NCBI GenBank assembly: GCA_050181195.1
Contig: JBFXDK010000005.1
Span: 629 to 64,628 of the forward strand
Source: Acetobacteraceae bacterium
GTDB lineage: Bacteria; Pseudomonadota; Alphaproteobacteria; Acetobacterales; Acetobacteraceae
Length of the DNA: 64,000 bases
Direction of reading: 5' to 3'
A program made the position numbers and the translations under genes. This document shows, in pieces, positions 9,301 through 17,329 of this stretch. Positions within the stretch are counted from its first letter, which is position 1. The number at the start of each line of letters is the position of its first letter. The notes under the pieces were generated by a model. The model saw only the letters and a program-made list of their open reading frames with translations, did not search any database and was not told the origin of the DNA.

Positions 9301-10678
9301 GCAGACCGCGTCCGGCGCGATCGTCGTCGATGCCGACTTCGCGAATCGCCGCTCCGCGACGCTGACCGTTGGCGGCGATGCGGTGCTGGGCGGCACGGTG
9401 CGCCCCGCGCTGACCAGCGTCCTGCCCGGCATCGCCCTGCCGTTCATGACGGTGAATGGCAACATCAGCGGCGAGCTCGCCGGCGCTGCGTCGACCATCT
9501 TCGGCTACGGCGTCACGCGATCCGCCAATGCGTTGTCCCTTGCTGCCACTTCGGCCGATTTCACACCCGCGGGGTTCAACCTGCCCGCCAGCCGAACGGC
9601 GGTCGCCGATCACTTGCAGGCCGCTTGGAACCATGGCGGTTCGGCGGAACTCGCGCCGCTGTTTGCGCTGCTGGGCAACACAGCGGATGCAGGCGGCGCG
9701 GCCGCCTATTCCGCACAGCTTCGCCAGCTTTCGCCCGACACCAGCTTCGCGCCGGGCGCGCGCGGAGCGGCCGGCGCGCAGAACTTTGCCAGTAGCACGC
9801 TGAGCTGTCCGCAGTTCGAGGGGACCACCGCGATGCTGGTGGAAGGCGACTGCGGCTGGATGCGCATGACCGGGCGCACCGCGCACCAGGCAAGCGACAG
9901 CGGCATCACCAGCTTCCGGCTGAATACCGCCACCTGGCAGATCGGCGGCCAGAAGCAGGTGGGCAATGGCTGGCTGGTGGGCGGCTCGCTGGCCTATGAG
10001 ACCAGCTGGCTGTCGAGCCAGGACGGGCTGAACTCCGGCAGCGGCCAGGCGGGCTATGGCGCGGTGGTGGCGAAATACCAGACCGGGCCGTGGCTGTTCG
10101 CGGCCTCGGCGTTTGGCGGCGCGGGACAGATGACGCTCAGCCGGGTGATCACGCTGCCGGGTTTCGCATCCGTGGCAAAGGGCAGCCCGGACACGGCGAA
10201 TGTCGGGCTGTTGTTGCGTGCCGCCTATACGCTCGGGGAGGAAAGCTTTTACCTGCGCCCGCATGTCAGCCTGACGACGGTGCATGTCCGGACGGGTTCC
10301 TACCGGGAATATGGCGGCGGGGCGCTGAACCTGGCGGTGGACAGCGCCTCGCAGACGACGGTGATCCTGACGCCGATGCTGGAAGTGGGCGGCCGCGTGA
10401 CGCTGGGCGAGACGATGCTGCTGCGGCCGTTCGTGGCTGCGGGGCTGAACGTACGGAGCAACGACGGCTGGCGGCAGACGGGGCGGCTGATCAGTGCGCC
10501 GGCGGGCGCGGGCGGCTTCACGACGACGGTGCCGATCGATCAGGTGACGGGGCGGGTGAGTGCGGGTGTGCAGCTATATACCGGCGGGATGCTGGACTTC
10601 CGGCTGCAATACGAAGGTGACTACGGCGGCAGCCTGACTGCGCATGGGGGATCTGCAATCCTGTCGGTGCGGTTCTGA
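3392..10678 (+). CDS. Giant Gly/Ser/Thr-rich repeat autotransporter (type Va), probable adhesin/surface protein
   Basis: Signal peptide ending ...LLLAAPAAA-Q. About 25 repeats containing G(I/V)xAxS(V/I)GGGGG. C-terminal ~280-aa beta-barrel region ending in ...AILSVRF (terminal Phe). Start uncertain (3293, 3392 or 3410). Confidence 0.88.
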   Translation: MRRERRVSNALADIGACVLTALGALLLAAPAAAQNCSGNPCTYTLPQGTLSAPVEILNPTPANPTTVANQASIAVSMPPYDGSLLTIYIAGTTGGSSSTSTAGSGGGTGAVTVSSAGALSLTGTSPDSTGATGLYVYVAGGSGGDYTDTNAKFDAGAGGSSGSISAGNTGAITFSGVYQDGAAAFAVVSGGGPGGTVPSDGTHNGSNLPDFNGSGDGGNGGNSGSIILTNSGAITIGTTQVPVRGSYGSLSSAGFALANTHIGFRGILASSGGGFAGEGSGSAGTKCDTAGSGCGGGAVGGAGGSVTVSNTGPIGIVWDWGLTSGSAALPAGAGYGLIASSVGAAGQPTYTEDYSGGSGGAAGEVLVQLNAGGSISLTSLNDLPPGLTLPSTPLGAPPPLSGAALGAISIGGAGGSPYGADSQIGANAVVAGGTGGASGIIGIRVQDARIDVSGNAFAGIQLRGEGGAGGSGNSYVTSGGTAKGGNGGSGGAGGRANGAEIVVEGSSSIVTNGALSPGIVASTVGGAGGVGSTFEPNDTPHGDAGSGGAGGSAGTIEVQLDNTATITTGGAFAPGIALESIGGDGGNGGNRKTGDSGNPGAGGNGGSAGGMNIFLAGSASVTTAGNYAPGIAARSLGGAGGSAGAADGLFAPDPQSGGNGGDSSFILVRLDPGTAISTAGTGSPAIYLVTASGYGGPGSNDSGLVTNTGGTGGTGGQAGAVSGGVLKAIDVFQFGRLTTTGQGSHGVAALAFSGGGGAGGEAGGFYGTGGTGAAVGSIGQITINNHPAGSISTAGSGAHGILASSIAGGGGDGGSLFAANSGVGGNAGLAGIGGPVAIFNSGAISTAGDQAHGVLAQSIGGGGGNGGDASGLFSIGSTAGAGGIGGPVSMTLSAGTISTAGQQAYGVNLQSIGGGGGNGGNAVSQSVFVGLSIGGGGGNGGNAGSVSFTGNGASADSAGSIITQGSKSAGILALSVGGGGGTGGSGYSLTGGVLFSMSAAVGGYCPKENGVPTTCGGGGAGGQVTVDLANTKVTTGASASLTSQTIAPSNTFPVDAFGILAASVGGGGGAGGSAASAALTVAEPFLVENVDVGAAFSLGLGGDGGSGGGHLSGTNVSVSLNQGSAITTFGNGGHGVLAMSVGGGGGEGGDSSALAATVGYNRAATQGESTVYEFSLAIAQGGSGGAAGDGGPVQVGLGGAAGSGGAASGPASIVTYGDFADGIVALSVGGGGGNAGAGANTTVAAGGARTFTAGATLSSTGGSGGTGGPVSMTIFPQGSIATYGDAANGAVALSVGGGGGTSQGGTFSFAAAYQSNSAQLPNGFKLTVQPKVTGTWTMGMQGGSGGNGGDVSVDVQGTVATQGGDASGILALSVGKGGGLGGSSGSQGSADNPISPYTKFRAFASNVGFHNIPFTLASLSGTLGSDTTGSPGTGGTVTVTQSGSIITQGDWSTGVHAQSVGGGGGRLGTALGTASGPAQVNLQAGVHGYGNAGPVNLQFQNGTVQTGTTTTGYAAFGVVGQSVGGGGGFLSDGSDAANGQVLASDDTTVISSAISLGGNASGSGNGYGWGNTVTLSGGGTATTPGLAVTTHGEAAHGVVLQSVGAGGGITGAGSSFFNADGLGTGTISLAVGGGVDSVGAGGTVTVDNAKLHITTSGANAFGLLAQSVGGGGGLGFTQPGVPTTVVLGGNAPSAANTGGSVSVTLAPGTTISTSGVGAHAIVLQSVGGGGGIAGYAGGSGSVPVVSMEMPVRYSPQGSGGPVTLQMQGGITTTGAGAFAVLAQSIASGGGLLGSDGVLYAGSTGVVNYGTAGAVTVTLKGSHITATGQNSVGVFAQSMNGGGSGGTASPVAVNLLSTYLSGGSGAQGTGIWVSDGIYTSTQKNFITLDAPSFVSSGSGVAINYTGSWSVDVQSAGEVHGSYFLGPQGTYSNGGTLAVGATGQAALLTNSGVLQVGEAGAFGSARLTGNFVQTASGAIVVDADFANRRSATLTVGGDAVLGGTVRPALTSVLPGIALPFMTVNGNISGELAGAASTIFGYGVTRSANALSLAATSADFTPAGFNLPASRTAVADHLQAAWNHGGSAELAPLFALLGNTADAGGAAAYSAQLRQLSPDTSFAPGARGAAGAQNFASSTLSCPQFEGTTAMLVEGDCGWMRMTGRTAHQASDSGITSFRLNTATWQIGGQKQVGNGWLVGGSLAYETSWLSSQDGLNSGSGQAGYGAVVAKYQTGPWLFAASAFGGAGQMTLSRVITLPGFASVAKGSPDTANVGLLLRAAYTLGEESFYLRPHVSLTTVHVRTGSYREYGGGALNLAVDSASQTTVILTPMLEVGGRVTLGETMLLRPFVAAGLNVRSNDGWRQTGRLISAPAGAGGFTTTVPIDQVTGRVSAGVQLYTGGMLDFRLQYEGDYGGSLTAHGGSAILSVRF

Positions 10679-10712
10679 TTGCGGCCGGCCGCCGGAACCC
10701 GCGGCGGCGGAA

Positions 10713-13070
10713 CTACCCCTCCGCGCACCATGCCCGCCAGGCGTGGCGCAGTGCGGCGCCCAGGCTGCGGCCGAAGCGCGGCGCGTCGCAGAGCGGGCTG
10801 GCCTTGACCTGCGCGCGCAGACCTGTCCGTAGCGCCGCCAGCGCGTCCAGATCGGCCGCGGCTGCCAGGGCGCGGGCGATATAGGCGTCACGGTCCGGCA
10901 CGACCCAGTCCGCCAGGCCGGCATTGCTCAGGTGGCTTGCCGAATGGCGGGAGGCGAAGATCTCCCCGGGCATGGTCACGGTGGGCACGCCCATCCACAA
11001 CGCCTCGCAGGTAGTAAGGCCGCCGGAGTAGGGGAACGGGTCCAGCACGATGTCGATCTGGTTGTATTCTCCCATGAAGGCGCGGTGCCCCGATGATCCG
11101 CGCAGTTCCACGCGATCGGCCTGGATGCCGTGTGCGGCGAAGCCGGCCAGGACCCGCTCGCGGGTCGGCGCATGGGAAAACTGGTGCGTCTTCAGCACCA
11201 TGCGGGCATCCGGCAGGCGCGCGAGGATGTCGGCCCAGGTGCGGATCACCGTCGGCGTGATCTTGGCCAGATTATTGAAGCAGCCGAAGGTGACGAAGCC
11301 GTTCGCCAGGGCCGGCAGCGGCGCCACGTCCGGCGCGTAGGGCGGCGGGCTGTAGCAGGCATAGCCGTCCGCCAGGCGCAGCAGCCGTTCGGAATAGAGC
11401 GGATCGAATCCGTCGGGCGTTTCCCAGCGGTCGGTGATGAACCAGTCCATCTCCCGCAGGCCGCTGCTGTGGTTCTGCATGCCCACCCATTTCACCTGCA
11501 CGGGTGCCAGGCGGTGGGCGCAGGCGATCATGCGCGCGGCATCGCCGTAGCCGCCGAGGTCGATCAGGATGTCGATCCCGGCCTCCCGCGCGCACAGCGC
11601 CAGCGCCTCATCGGTCAGCGCGTCCACGGTCACCCAGTCGCGAGCGATGGCGCGGAAGCGGCGCGCGATGGCGTCGGCCGGCGCCTCGTTCTGCGCCAGG
11701 CAGACCAGTTCGAACTGGTCGGGATCCAGCGTTTCGAACCCGGCGATCGTCAGCCAGCCGACCGGGTGTGTCTTCAACGTGCCGGACAGCAGGCCGACGG
11801 TCAGCCGGCGATCGGGATCGCGCGCATTGGCGAACGCGGGCATGTCGGCGCGTGGCAGGCGGTCGCCGCATTCGCGCAGGGCAACAAGCAGTTGCGCGCC
11901 GGTCACACCGTCCTGGTACGGCAGCGTGTTGCACAGGGCGCGCCGGGGCAGCACCGCGTCCGGCTGCAGGGCAATCGCGCGCCTGGCGATCTCGACGGCC
12001 TCATCCTGCCAGCCGAGGCAGGCGGAGGCGTTGGCGAGATTGCACAATGTGGGCACCTGCTCGCCGAATTGCGCGATGTGATCGGTCAGCAGCGTATGCG
12101 CTTCGGCGTGACGATGCAGGCGCATCAGCACGGCGGCTCGGTCGTTGCGGATCTGCGGATTGTCCGGGTCGAGTTCGGCCGCGCGCCGCAGCGCCGCCTC
12201 GGCTTCCCGCAGGCGGCTGGAGCGTGCGAGCACGCCGCCCAGCAGGATCGCCGGCGCCTGGGCGTCGGGGGCGAGCGCGGTTGCGGCCTCCAGCGCGTCG
12301 ATCGCCGCGTCGCGCTGGCCGGTCCGCTCCAGCAGCACGCCCAGCGCCGTCTGGATGACCGGGTTGGCGGGATCGGCGGCGGCCGACACTTCCAGCCGCG
12401 CCTGTTCGGCGTCGGCCTGGCCCGCGGCCAGGGCGGCATTAACGCCCTGCAGCGCATAGTCGAGCGAGGCGGGTTCCAGGCGCTGTGCCTCGATGAGGGC
12501 CGTATGCGCCAGCGAGGCGTCGCGGGTCAGCATCAGCGCAAGGCCCAGGGCGCCCCAGGCCTCGGCCCGGTTCGGGTCGATGCCGCAGCAGCGCAACAGC
12601 AGTTCGCGCGATTCGATGCCCTCGCCGCGGGCGATCAGCAGGCCGGCGAGGGCCACCAGCGCCTCGGGGCGTTTCGGGTTCAGGTCCAGCGCGTGGCGGT
12701 AGGCGGTTTCGGCCGCGTCGTGCTCCCCGGCGGCACGGTGGCTTTCCGCCAGGCGCACCCAGGGCTCGTCCCAGGTCGGGTGCGTGTTGGCGACGCCGTT
12801 CATCAACCTGCGGGCACGTCCGGTGTCGCCGGTGCGTTCCTCGGCCAGGGCCAGATTCAGCAGGGTGGCGGGCGCGGTTTCGCCCAGCGCGACGGCGGTG
12901 CGCAGCGCGGTCCTCGCGGCTTCCGGGTCGTTGTTCGCCAGCAGGACGGTGCCGCGCGCGGCGTGCAGCCTGGGATCGGCCGGCGAACCGGCCGCGGCGC
13001 GGTCCAGCAGGTCCAGCGCGCCGGCGGCGTCACCGCGTTGCAGGCAGGCGAGCGCCGTTTCAGCCGTCAT
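10713..13070 (-). CDS. TPR-repeat O-linked glycosyltransferase, GT41 (OGT/SPINDLY/HMW1C-like)
   Basis: N-terminal TPR array. C-terminal motifs HPVGW, IDILIDLGGY, RLAPVQVKWVG, TFGCFNNLAKI and DIVLDPFPYSGGLTTCEALWMGVP. Confidence 0.9.
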   Translation of the reverse strand: MTAETALACLQRGDAAGALDLLDRAAAGSPADPRLHAARGTVLLANNDPEAARTALRTAVALGETAPATLLNLALAEERTGDTGRARRLMNGVANTHPTWDEPWVRLAESHRAAGEHDAAETAYRHALDLNPKRPEALVALAGLLIARGEGIESRELLLRCCGIDPNRAEAWGALGLALMLTRDASLAHTALIEAQRLEPASLDYALQGVNAALAAGQADAEQARLEVSAAADPANPVIQTALGVLLERTGQRDAAIDALEAATALAPDAQAPAILLGGVLARSSRLREAEAALRRAAELDPDNPQIRNDRAAVLMRLHRHAEAHTLLTDHIAQFGEQVPTLCNLANASACLGWQDEAVEIARRAIALQPDAVLPRRALCNTLPYQDGVTGAQLLVALRECGDRLPRADMPAFANARDPDRRLTVGLLSGTLKTHPVGWLTIAGFETLDPDQFELVCLAQNEAPADAIARRFRAIARDWVTVDALTDEALALCAREAGIDILIDLGGYGDAARMIACAHRLAPVQVKWVGMQNHSSGLREMDWFITDRWETPDGFDPLYSERLLRLADGYACYSPPPYAPDVAPLPALANGFVTFGCFNNLAKITPTVIRTWADILARLPDARMVLKTHQFSHAPTRERVLAGFAAHGIQADRVELRGSSGHRAFMGEYNQIDIVLDPFPYSGGLTTCEALWMGVPTVTMPGEIFASRHSASHLSNAGLADWVVPDRDAYIARALAAAADLDALAALRTGLRAQVKASPLCDAPRFGRSLGAALRHAWRAWCAEG

Positions 13071-14517
13071 GGCGGGTCCGCTCCAGCACCATCAGCAGCC
13101 CGTCGACCGGTATGCCTGCTTCCCAGCGCACGATTTCATCGGCCATGACCCGGACCGCGAAGCCGGCGGCGAGCGCGGTCTCGCGCGCATAGTCCGCGGC
13201 ATGGGCGTAGCGGCCCTGGCGCAGCAGCGCCCAGTGGCCGTTGCCGGGCACCACGCCGTCGTGGTCGGGCAGCAGGCGTTCCAACGAGAAGGCGAACCAG
13301 CCGCCCGGTTCCAGGCGCGCGTGAACGGCTTCCAGCACCTCCTCCAGTGCGCCGAAATAGCACAGCACGTCGGCGGCCAGGATCAGCGGCCAGCGGTCGG
13401 TGCCGGCCTGCAACGCCGTCATCAGATCCGCTTCGCGCAGGTCGGCGTAGATCCGCTTGACCCGTGCCTGTTCCAGCATGCGCGCGGAGATATCGACGCC
13501 GGTCAGCGGACCGAGCGGCAGGTCGCCGATCGCCAGCCCGACGAGTCCGGTGCCACAGCCCAGGTCCAGCACCGGGCCGATATGGCCCTTGGTAGCGAGT
13601 GCGGGATGCGCCAGCACGACCTGGCGCAGCACGCCCGGGATGCGATAGCCCAGCGAGATCAGATGGCTTTCGAACCGGTCGGAATAGCCGTCGAACACCA
13701 CCTTCAGGTATTCCGACGGCGCGCGCCTGGCGCCGGGCATCGCGCCAGTGGCTGAGACGAGATGGCGCACATAGGGGTCGTCAGGGCCGAGCTTGAGGGC
13801 TTCCTGGTAGGCTTCGGCGGCATCGTCGTGGCGGCCGAGGCTGGACAGGGCATGGCCCTTCAGGCCGAACACGCAGGCATCGGCAATGCCGACGGCACGG
13901 GCCTGCTCGGCCAGGCGGACGGCGCCGGTGAAGTCCCGCCGGCGGATGCACAGCATGATTGCGGCGTTGCGCAGGGCGACGACGGTGGGGGCCAGGGCGA
14001 TGCCGCGTTCGAGGGTTTCGAGGCCGGCATCGGCGTCGCCGCAGGCCTCCTGCGCGGCGGCCAGCGCTTCCCGGCAGGCCGGATCGGCCGGCTGGGCCGC
14101 CACGGCCTCGTTCAGGCACGCCACCGCGTCCTGCGGGCGTTGCAGTTCCAGCATCAGCATGCCCAGCAGCGCCTTGGCGTTGGGGTCCGCACGATCCAGG
14201 ATCACGGCCTCGGCCGCGTCGCGAGTGGCCCCGTCGAGGTCCCCCAGGCGATGGCGCAGGTCGGCGCGGAGCTTGCGCAGTCCGGCATGCTCGGGGTCGG
14301 TGGCGATCGCCGCATCCAGTTCGCTCCGCGCCTGCTCCAGCGCGCCGTCCTGCATCGCCAGGCGGGCGGCCAGCTGGGAGAGGCCGGCCGAGGCGGGGGC
14401 GGTCCGGCGTGCGGCGGCGAGCAGCGGGCGTGCGGCGCCGGTGCGGCCCGCGTCGATCAGGTCCGAGACGCGGCGGATCAGGTCGTTGGGGTCGGCGGTC
14501 GCTTGCAGCGTGTCCAT
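13060..14517 (-). CDS. TPR-repeat class I SAM-dependent methyltransferase (COG4976-like)
   Basis: TPRs followed by FDGYSDRFESHL..LGYRIP, VLDLGCGTG, GVDISARML and AADVLCYFG. Overlaps the GT41 start by 11 nt. Confidence 0.88.
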   Translation of the reverse strand: MDTLQATADPNDLIRRVSDLIDAGRTGAARPLLAAARRTAPASAGLSQLAARLAMQDGALEQARSELDAAIATDPEHAGLRKLRADLRHRLGDLDGATRDAAEAVILDRADPNAKALLGMLMLELQRPQDAVACLNEAVAAQPADPACREALAAAQEACGDADAGLETLERGIALAPTVVALRNAAIMLCIRRRDFTGAVRLAEQARAVGIADACVFGLKGHALSSLGRHDDAAEAYQEALKLGPDDPYVRHLVSATGAMPGARRAPSEYLKVVFDGYSDRFESHLISLGYRIPGVLRQVVLAHPALATKGHIGPVLDLGCGTGLVGLAIGDLPLGPLTGVDISARMLEQARVKRIYADLREADLMTALQAGTDRWPLILAADVLCYFGALEEVLEAVHARLEPGGWFAFSLERLLPDHDGVVPGNGHWALLRQGRYAHAADYARETALAAGFAVRVMADEIVRWEAGIPVDGLLMVLERTRHDG

Positions 14518-14550
14518 GACAGGCTCCTCCTGAGCCGGATGCGCGACGGG

Positions 14551-15393
14551 TCAGATCACCAGTCCGCGTGCCTTCGTGGCGAGGGTTACGAGAGTGTCCG
14601 GTGTGGCGGCCGATGTATTGGCGGCCGTGTTCAGCAGGTAGCGTTGTGCGATCGTCTCGACGAACTTCGCATCCTGCAGCTTGGTGATGTCGAGACGCTT
14701 TGAGATCGCGCGTTCCTGGGCGTCGATGGACTGGAAGGCGATCTGCTTCGGGATGTTGTAGGCGGTGGTCACGACGTCGCGCAGCACCGGGTCGCCCAGG
14801 ATCTGGTACACCGATGTCACCTTCGACGCCTGGGTGCGGAAGGTCAGCGCATTCGACAGGCCCGGCGTCTTCTCATTCAGCGACTGCCGCCATTTCACCT
14901 CGGCATAGGCGTCGGCGAGCTTGGCCATCACCTCCGGCTGCTGGATCACCGCGAGACCGCTGGCGGCAAAGTCGTAGGTTTTCGCGACGCTCTTCCAGCG
15001 TGTATCGGTCAGTGTATTGGCGAGCGATTTCGGATCGGTGAGGTCCGAGGTCAGTGCCCTGCGCGCCAGGGCCGACGCGGAGATGCGGTCGGCAAGGCCG
15101 TTGGCGGTGAGCAGCACTTCCATCACCGCCGGGTTCTTCAGCAGTTGCGTGACGCTGGTTGCCGTTTGTACGCCCTTGATGAACCGGTCGGTTGCGAGCT
15201 TCACCGCGGGTTCGGCCGCCACCAGCCTGACGTCGCGGTCGCGGTTCCGCTCTGCCTGGCGCAGCGCGTTCACGCTGGCGGCGCCGGATTTCGGACCCGC
15301 CCCGGCGAACCCGTACAGCGTACGGACCAGCGAGGTGTCCTCGCTTTGCATGCCGCTGAACAGCGTCGTCAGATAGCCCGATTGGATGCTCAC
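14551..15393 (-). CDS. DUF1217 family flagellar-locus protein
   Basis: GLSNALTFR, SVYQILGDPVLRDVVTTAYNIPKQIA and AQRYL motifs. Located after flbT-flaF, as in other alphaproteobacterial fla loci. Confidence 0.75.
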   Translation of the reverse strand: MSIQSGYLTTLFSGMQSEDTSLVRTLYGFAGAGPKSGAASVNALRQAERNRDRDVRLVAAEPAVKLATDRFIKGVQTATSVTQLLKNPAVMEVLLTANGLADRISASALARRALTSDLTDPKSLANTLTDTRWKSVAKTYDFAASGLAVIQQPEVMAKLADAYAEVKWRQSLNEKTPGLSNALTFRTQASKVTSVYQILGDPVLRDVVTTAYNIPKQIAFQSIDAQERAISKRLDITKLQDAKFVETIAQRYLLNTAANTSAATPDTLVTLATKARGLVI

Positions 15394-15411
15394 CGTCCGG
15401 CCCTCCCGGTG

Positions 15412-15759
15412 TCAGGGCTGGCCGGACAGTCCTGCGGCGATCTGTTCGTTGATCTCGATCAGGAAGTCGAAATCGGGCGGATCGCGATCCATGTCGCGCT
15501 GGACCGCGAGGCCGACCGACAGGATGGAGGCGCGGAGATTGACGGGCAGCGAGTTGACGGGGTCGCGCATCAGGTCGTTCACGGCGATCCACAGGCGCCG
15601 GTTGTCGGCCAGCGCGCGGACCCGTTGCAGCGGTCCGGCGTCGCGCGCCGCCTTCAGGGCGCCGTTGACGCGTCGGAAGACATCGGCCTCCTGCTCCCGC
15701 GGGGAGCGATGGACGGCGGCGGCCTGGTATGCCCTAGCGGCCAGAAGCGTGCTCTGCAT
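15412..15759 (-). CDS. flaF: Flagellar biosynthesis regulator FlaF
   Basis: SPREQEA, ALADNRRLW, NSLPVNLRASILSVG and LIEINEQIAAGL motifs. Confidence 0.92.
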   Translation of the reverse strand: MQSTLLAARAYQAAAVHRSPREQEADVFRRVNGALKAARDAGPLQRVRALADNRRLWIAVNDLMRDPVNSLPVNLRASILSVGLAVQRDMDRDPPDFDFLIEINEQIAAGLSGQP

Positions 15760-16219
15760 GGTGGTCTGTGGCCTCTTTCAGGGGTGGTTCGTCCCGCCCT
15801 TTTGGGGGGACGCGGGATGCATCCTGGACGCGGCCGAGTACCGCGTCCTCGTGCAGGATGATGCGACGGGTGAGTTTCAGTGCCTGGTAGCAATCATCGG
15901 CTTCGGCGGCGGCGAGCGCGCGGTCGAGGATCTCGCGCGCCAGGGCCGAGGTTGTTGCGTGCTGGAAGGCGATGATCAGTTCGCGCGCGACGGCGAGTCC
16001 GCCCTGGCGTTCCTCCTCCGAGCCGATATAGGCCGATTGCAGCGCGAAATAGATGCGGCGTGCCGGGCTGTCTGCCTGGTCGGGCGGCATGATCTGCTTG
16101 CCGAACAGGAAGCGGGCCTTGGCGGTGAGCTCGATACGGGACTTGGTGCGGAACCGGATGGGCGCGCCGTTCACGATCATCATTTCGCCCTGGCGCAATT
16201 CCAAGACCAGATTTGACAT
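15734..16219 (-). CDS. flbT: Flagellar biosynthesis repressor FlbT
   Basis: MSNLVLELRQGEMMIVNGA, ADSPARRIYFALQ and YQALKLTRRII motifs. Start at ATG 16219 after AGGAAGG. The C-terminal tail overlaps flaF. Confidence 0.9.
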   Translation of the reverse strand: MSNLVLELRQGEMMIVNGAPIRFRTKSRIELTAKARFLFGKQIMPPDQADSPARRIYFALQSAYIGSEEERQGGLAVARELIIAFQHATTSALAREILDRALAAAEADDCYQALKLTRRIILHEDAVLGRVQDASRVPPKGRDEPPLKEATDHHAEHASGR

Positions 16220-16365
16220 GCGCCTTCCTGTTCGCCTGCGTTGGTGCGATGCGTGCCGGATCATCCGGCCCGGATCCTGTGGTGCGGCCGCGCCGGGACG
16301 GGCGGCCGCCCGTTGCGTGTGCCACCGGGCCGGCACGGTGGCCGGCCCGATCGCGGTCTTCGGGC

Positions 16366-17217
16366 TTACTTGAACAAGCTCAACAGGCTCTGCGGGGCCT
16401 GGTTCGCCAGCGAGAGGGCCTGCGTGCCCAATTGCTGGCGGATCTGCAGGGCCTGCAGCTGTGCCGATTCCTTCGCCAGATCGGCGTCCACCAGCGAGCC
16501 GAGGCCGGCGTTCAGGGCGTCGATCTTGTCGTTGTTGTAGCTGATCTGGTTCGCCACGTAGTTGACAGACGAGCCGATCGAGTTCAGCGCGCGTCCCACT
16601 GCGTTCATCTGGTTGATGAACGTGCCGGAGGCGGTGATCAGCGCGGCGATCGTATCCGCCGAGTCCATCTGGGTGGTGGTGAAGCTGATCGAACCGTACA
16701 GCGCGGAGCCGCCGAACGTCGCGATGCCATAGGATGATCCCGATTCATTGCGGGCCACGGCGACGCGGCCGAAGGTGCCGTTGCTGCCGGTCAGATCCCC
16801 GATCAGTGTCTTGCCGTTGTAGCTCGCGTCCTGGATGAACGTCTGCACATTGGCAAGCAACGACTGGAACTGGCTTTGGTAGTTCGTCCGGTCGTTGCCC
16901 TGGACGTTGCCGTCCGACAGCTTGACCAGGACGTCCCGCATGCTGGCCATCGTGTTCGAGATGTTGTTGAGACCCGACTGGGTCGTCGACAACAGCCCCT
17001 GCACATTGCCAAGCTGCTGGTTGGCGCTTGTCAGTGCGCCCACGGTCGAACGAACCGACTGCGCGACGGCATAGGCCGCGCCGTCGTCGGTCGAGTCCGC
17101 CACGCGAAACCCCGTCGAGATGCGCTTCTGCGCGACGGCCATGTCCTTGTTGGTGTGGTTCAGGGACTGGAGCGCGATCATCGCGCCGGTGTTGGTATTC
17201 ACGGAATTCAGGGACAT
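16366..17217 (-). CDS. fliC: Flagellin (short, 283 aa)
   Basis: NSVNTNTGAMIALQSL, QKRISTGFRVA..DDGAAY and LVDADLAKESAQLQALQIRQQLG...LLSLF motifs. Confidence 0.96.
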   Translation of the reverse strand: MSLNSVNTNTGAMIALQSLNHTNKDMAVAQKRISTGFRVADSTDDGAAYAVAQSVRSTVGALTSANQQLGNVQGLLSTTQSGLNNISNTMASMRDVLVKLSDGNVQGNDRTNYQSQFQSLLANVQTFIQDASYNGKTLIGDLTGSNGTFGRVAVARNESGSSYGIATFGGSALYGSISFTTTQMDSADTIAALITASGTFINQMNAVGRALNSIGSSVNYVANQISYNNDKIDALNAGLGSLVDADLAKESAQLQALQIRQQLGTQALSLANQAPQSLLSLFK

Positions 17218-17295
17218 GGTGTCTTACCCTCGTTGCCCATGGTTGGTCATGCCCCCGCGTTTTTGCGGGCTCGACGTCGATCCTGAAGCAACAGG

Positions 17296-17311
17296 GTTAA
17301 CGCCGAATTAA
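17296..17311 (-). promoter_or_regulatory. Full CtrA binding site upstream of flagellin
   Basis: Reverse strand reads TTAA-TTCGGCG-TTAAC, an exact TTAA-N7-TTAAC, about 80 bp upstream of the flagellin ATG in a GC-rich background. Confidence 0.82.
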
Positions 17312-17329
17312 ATGCGGACGCTTGTTTCA

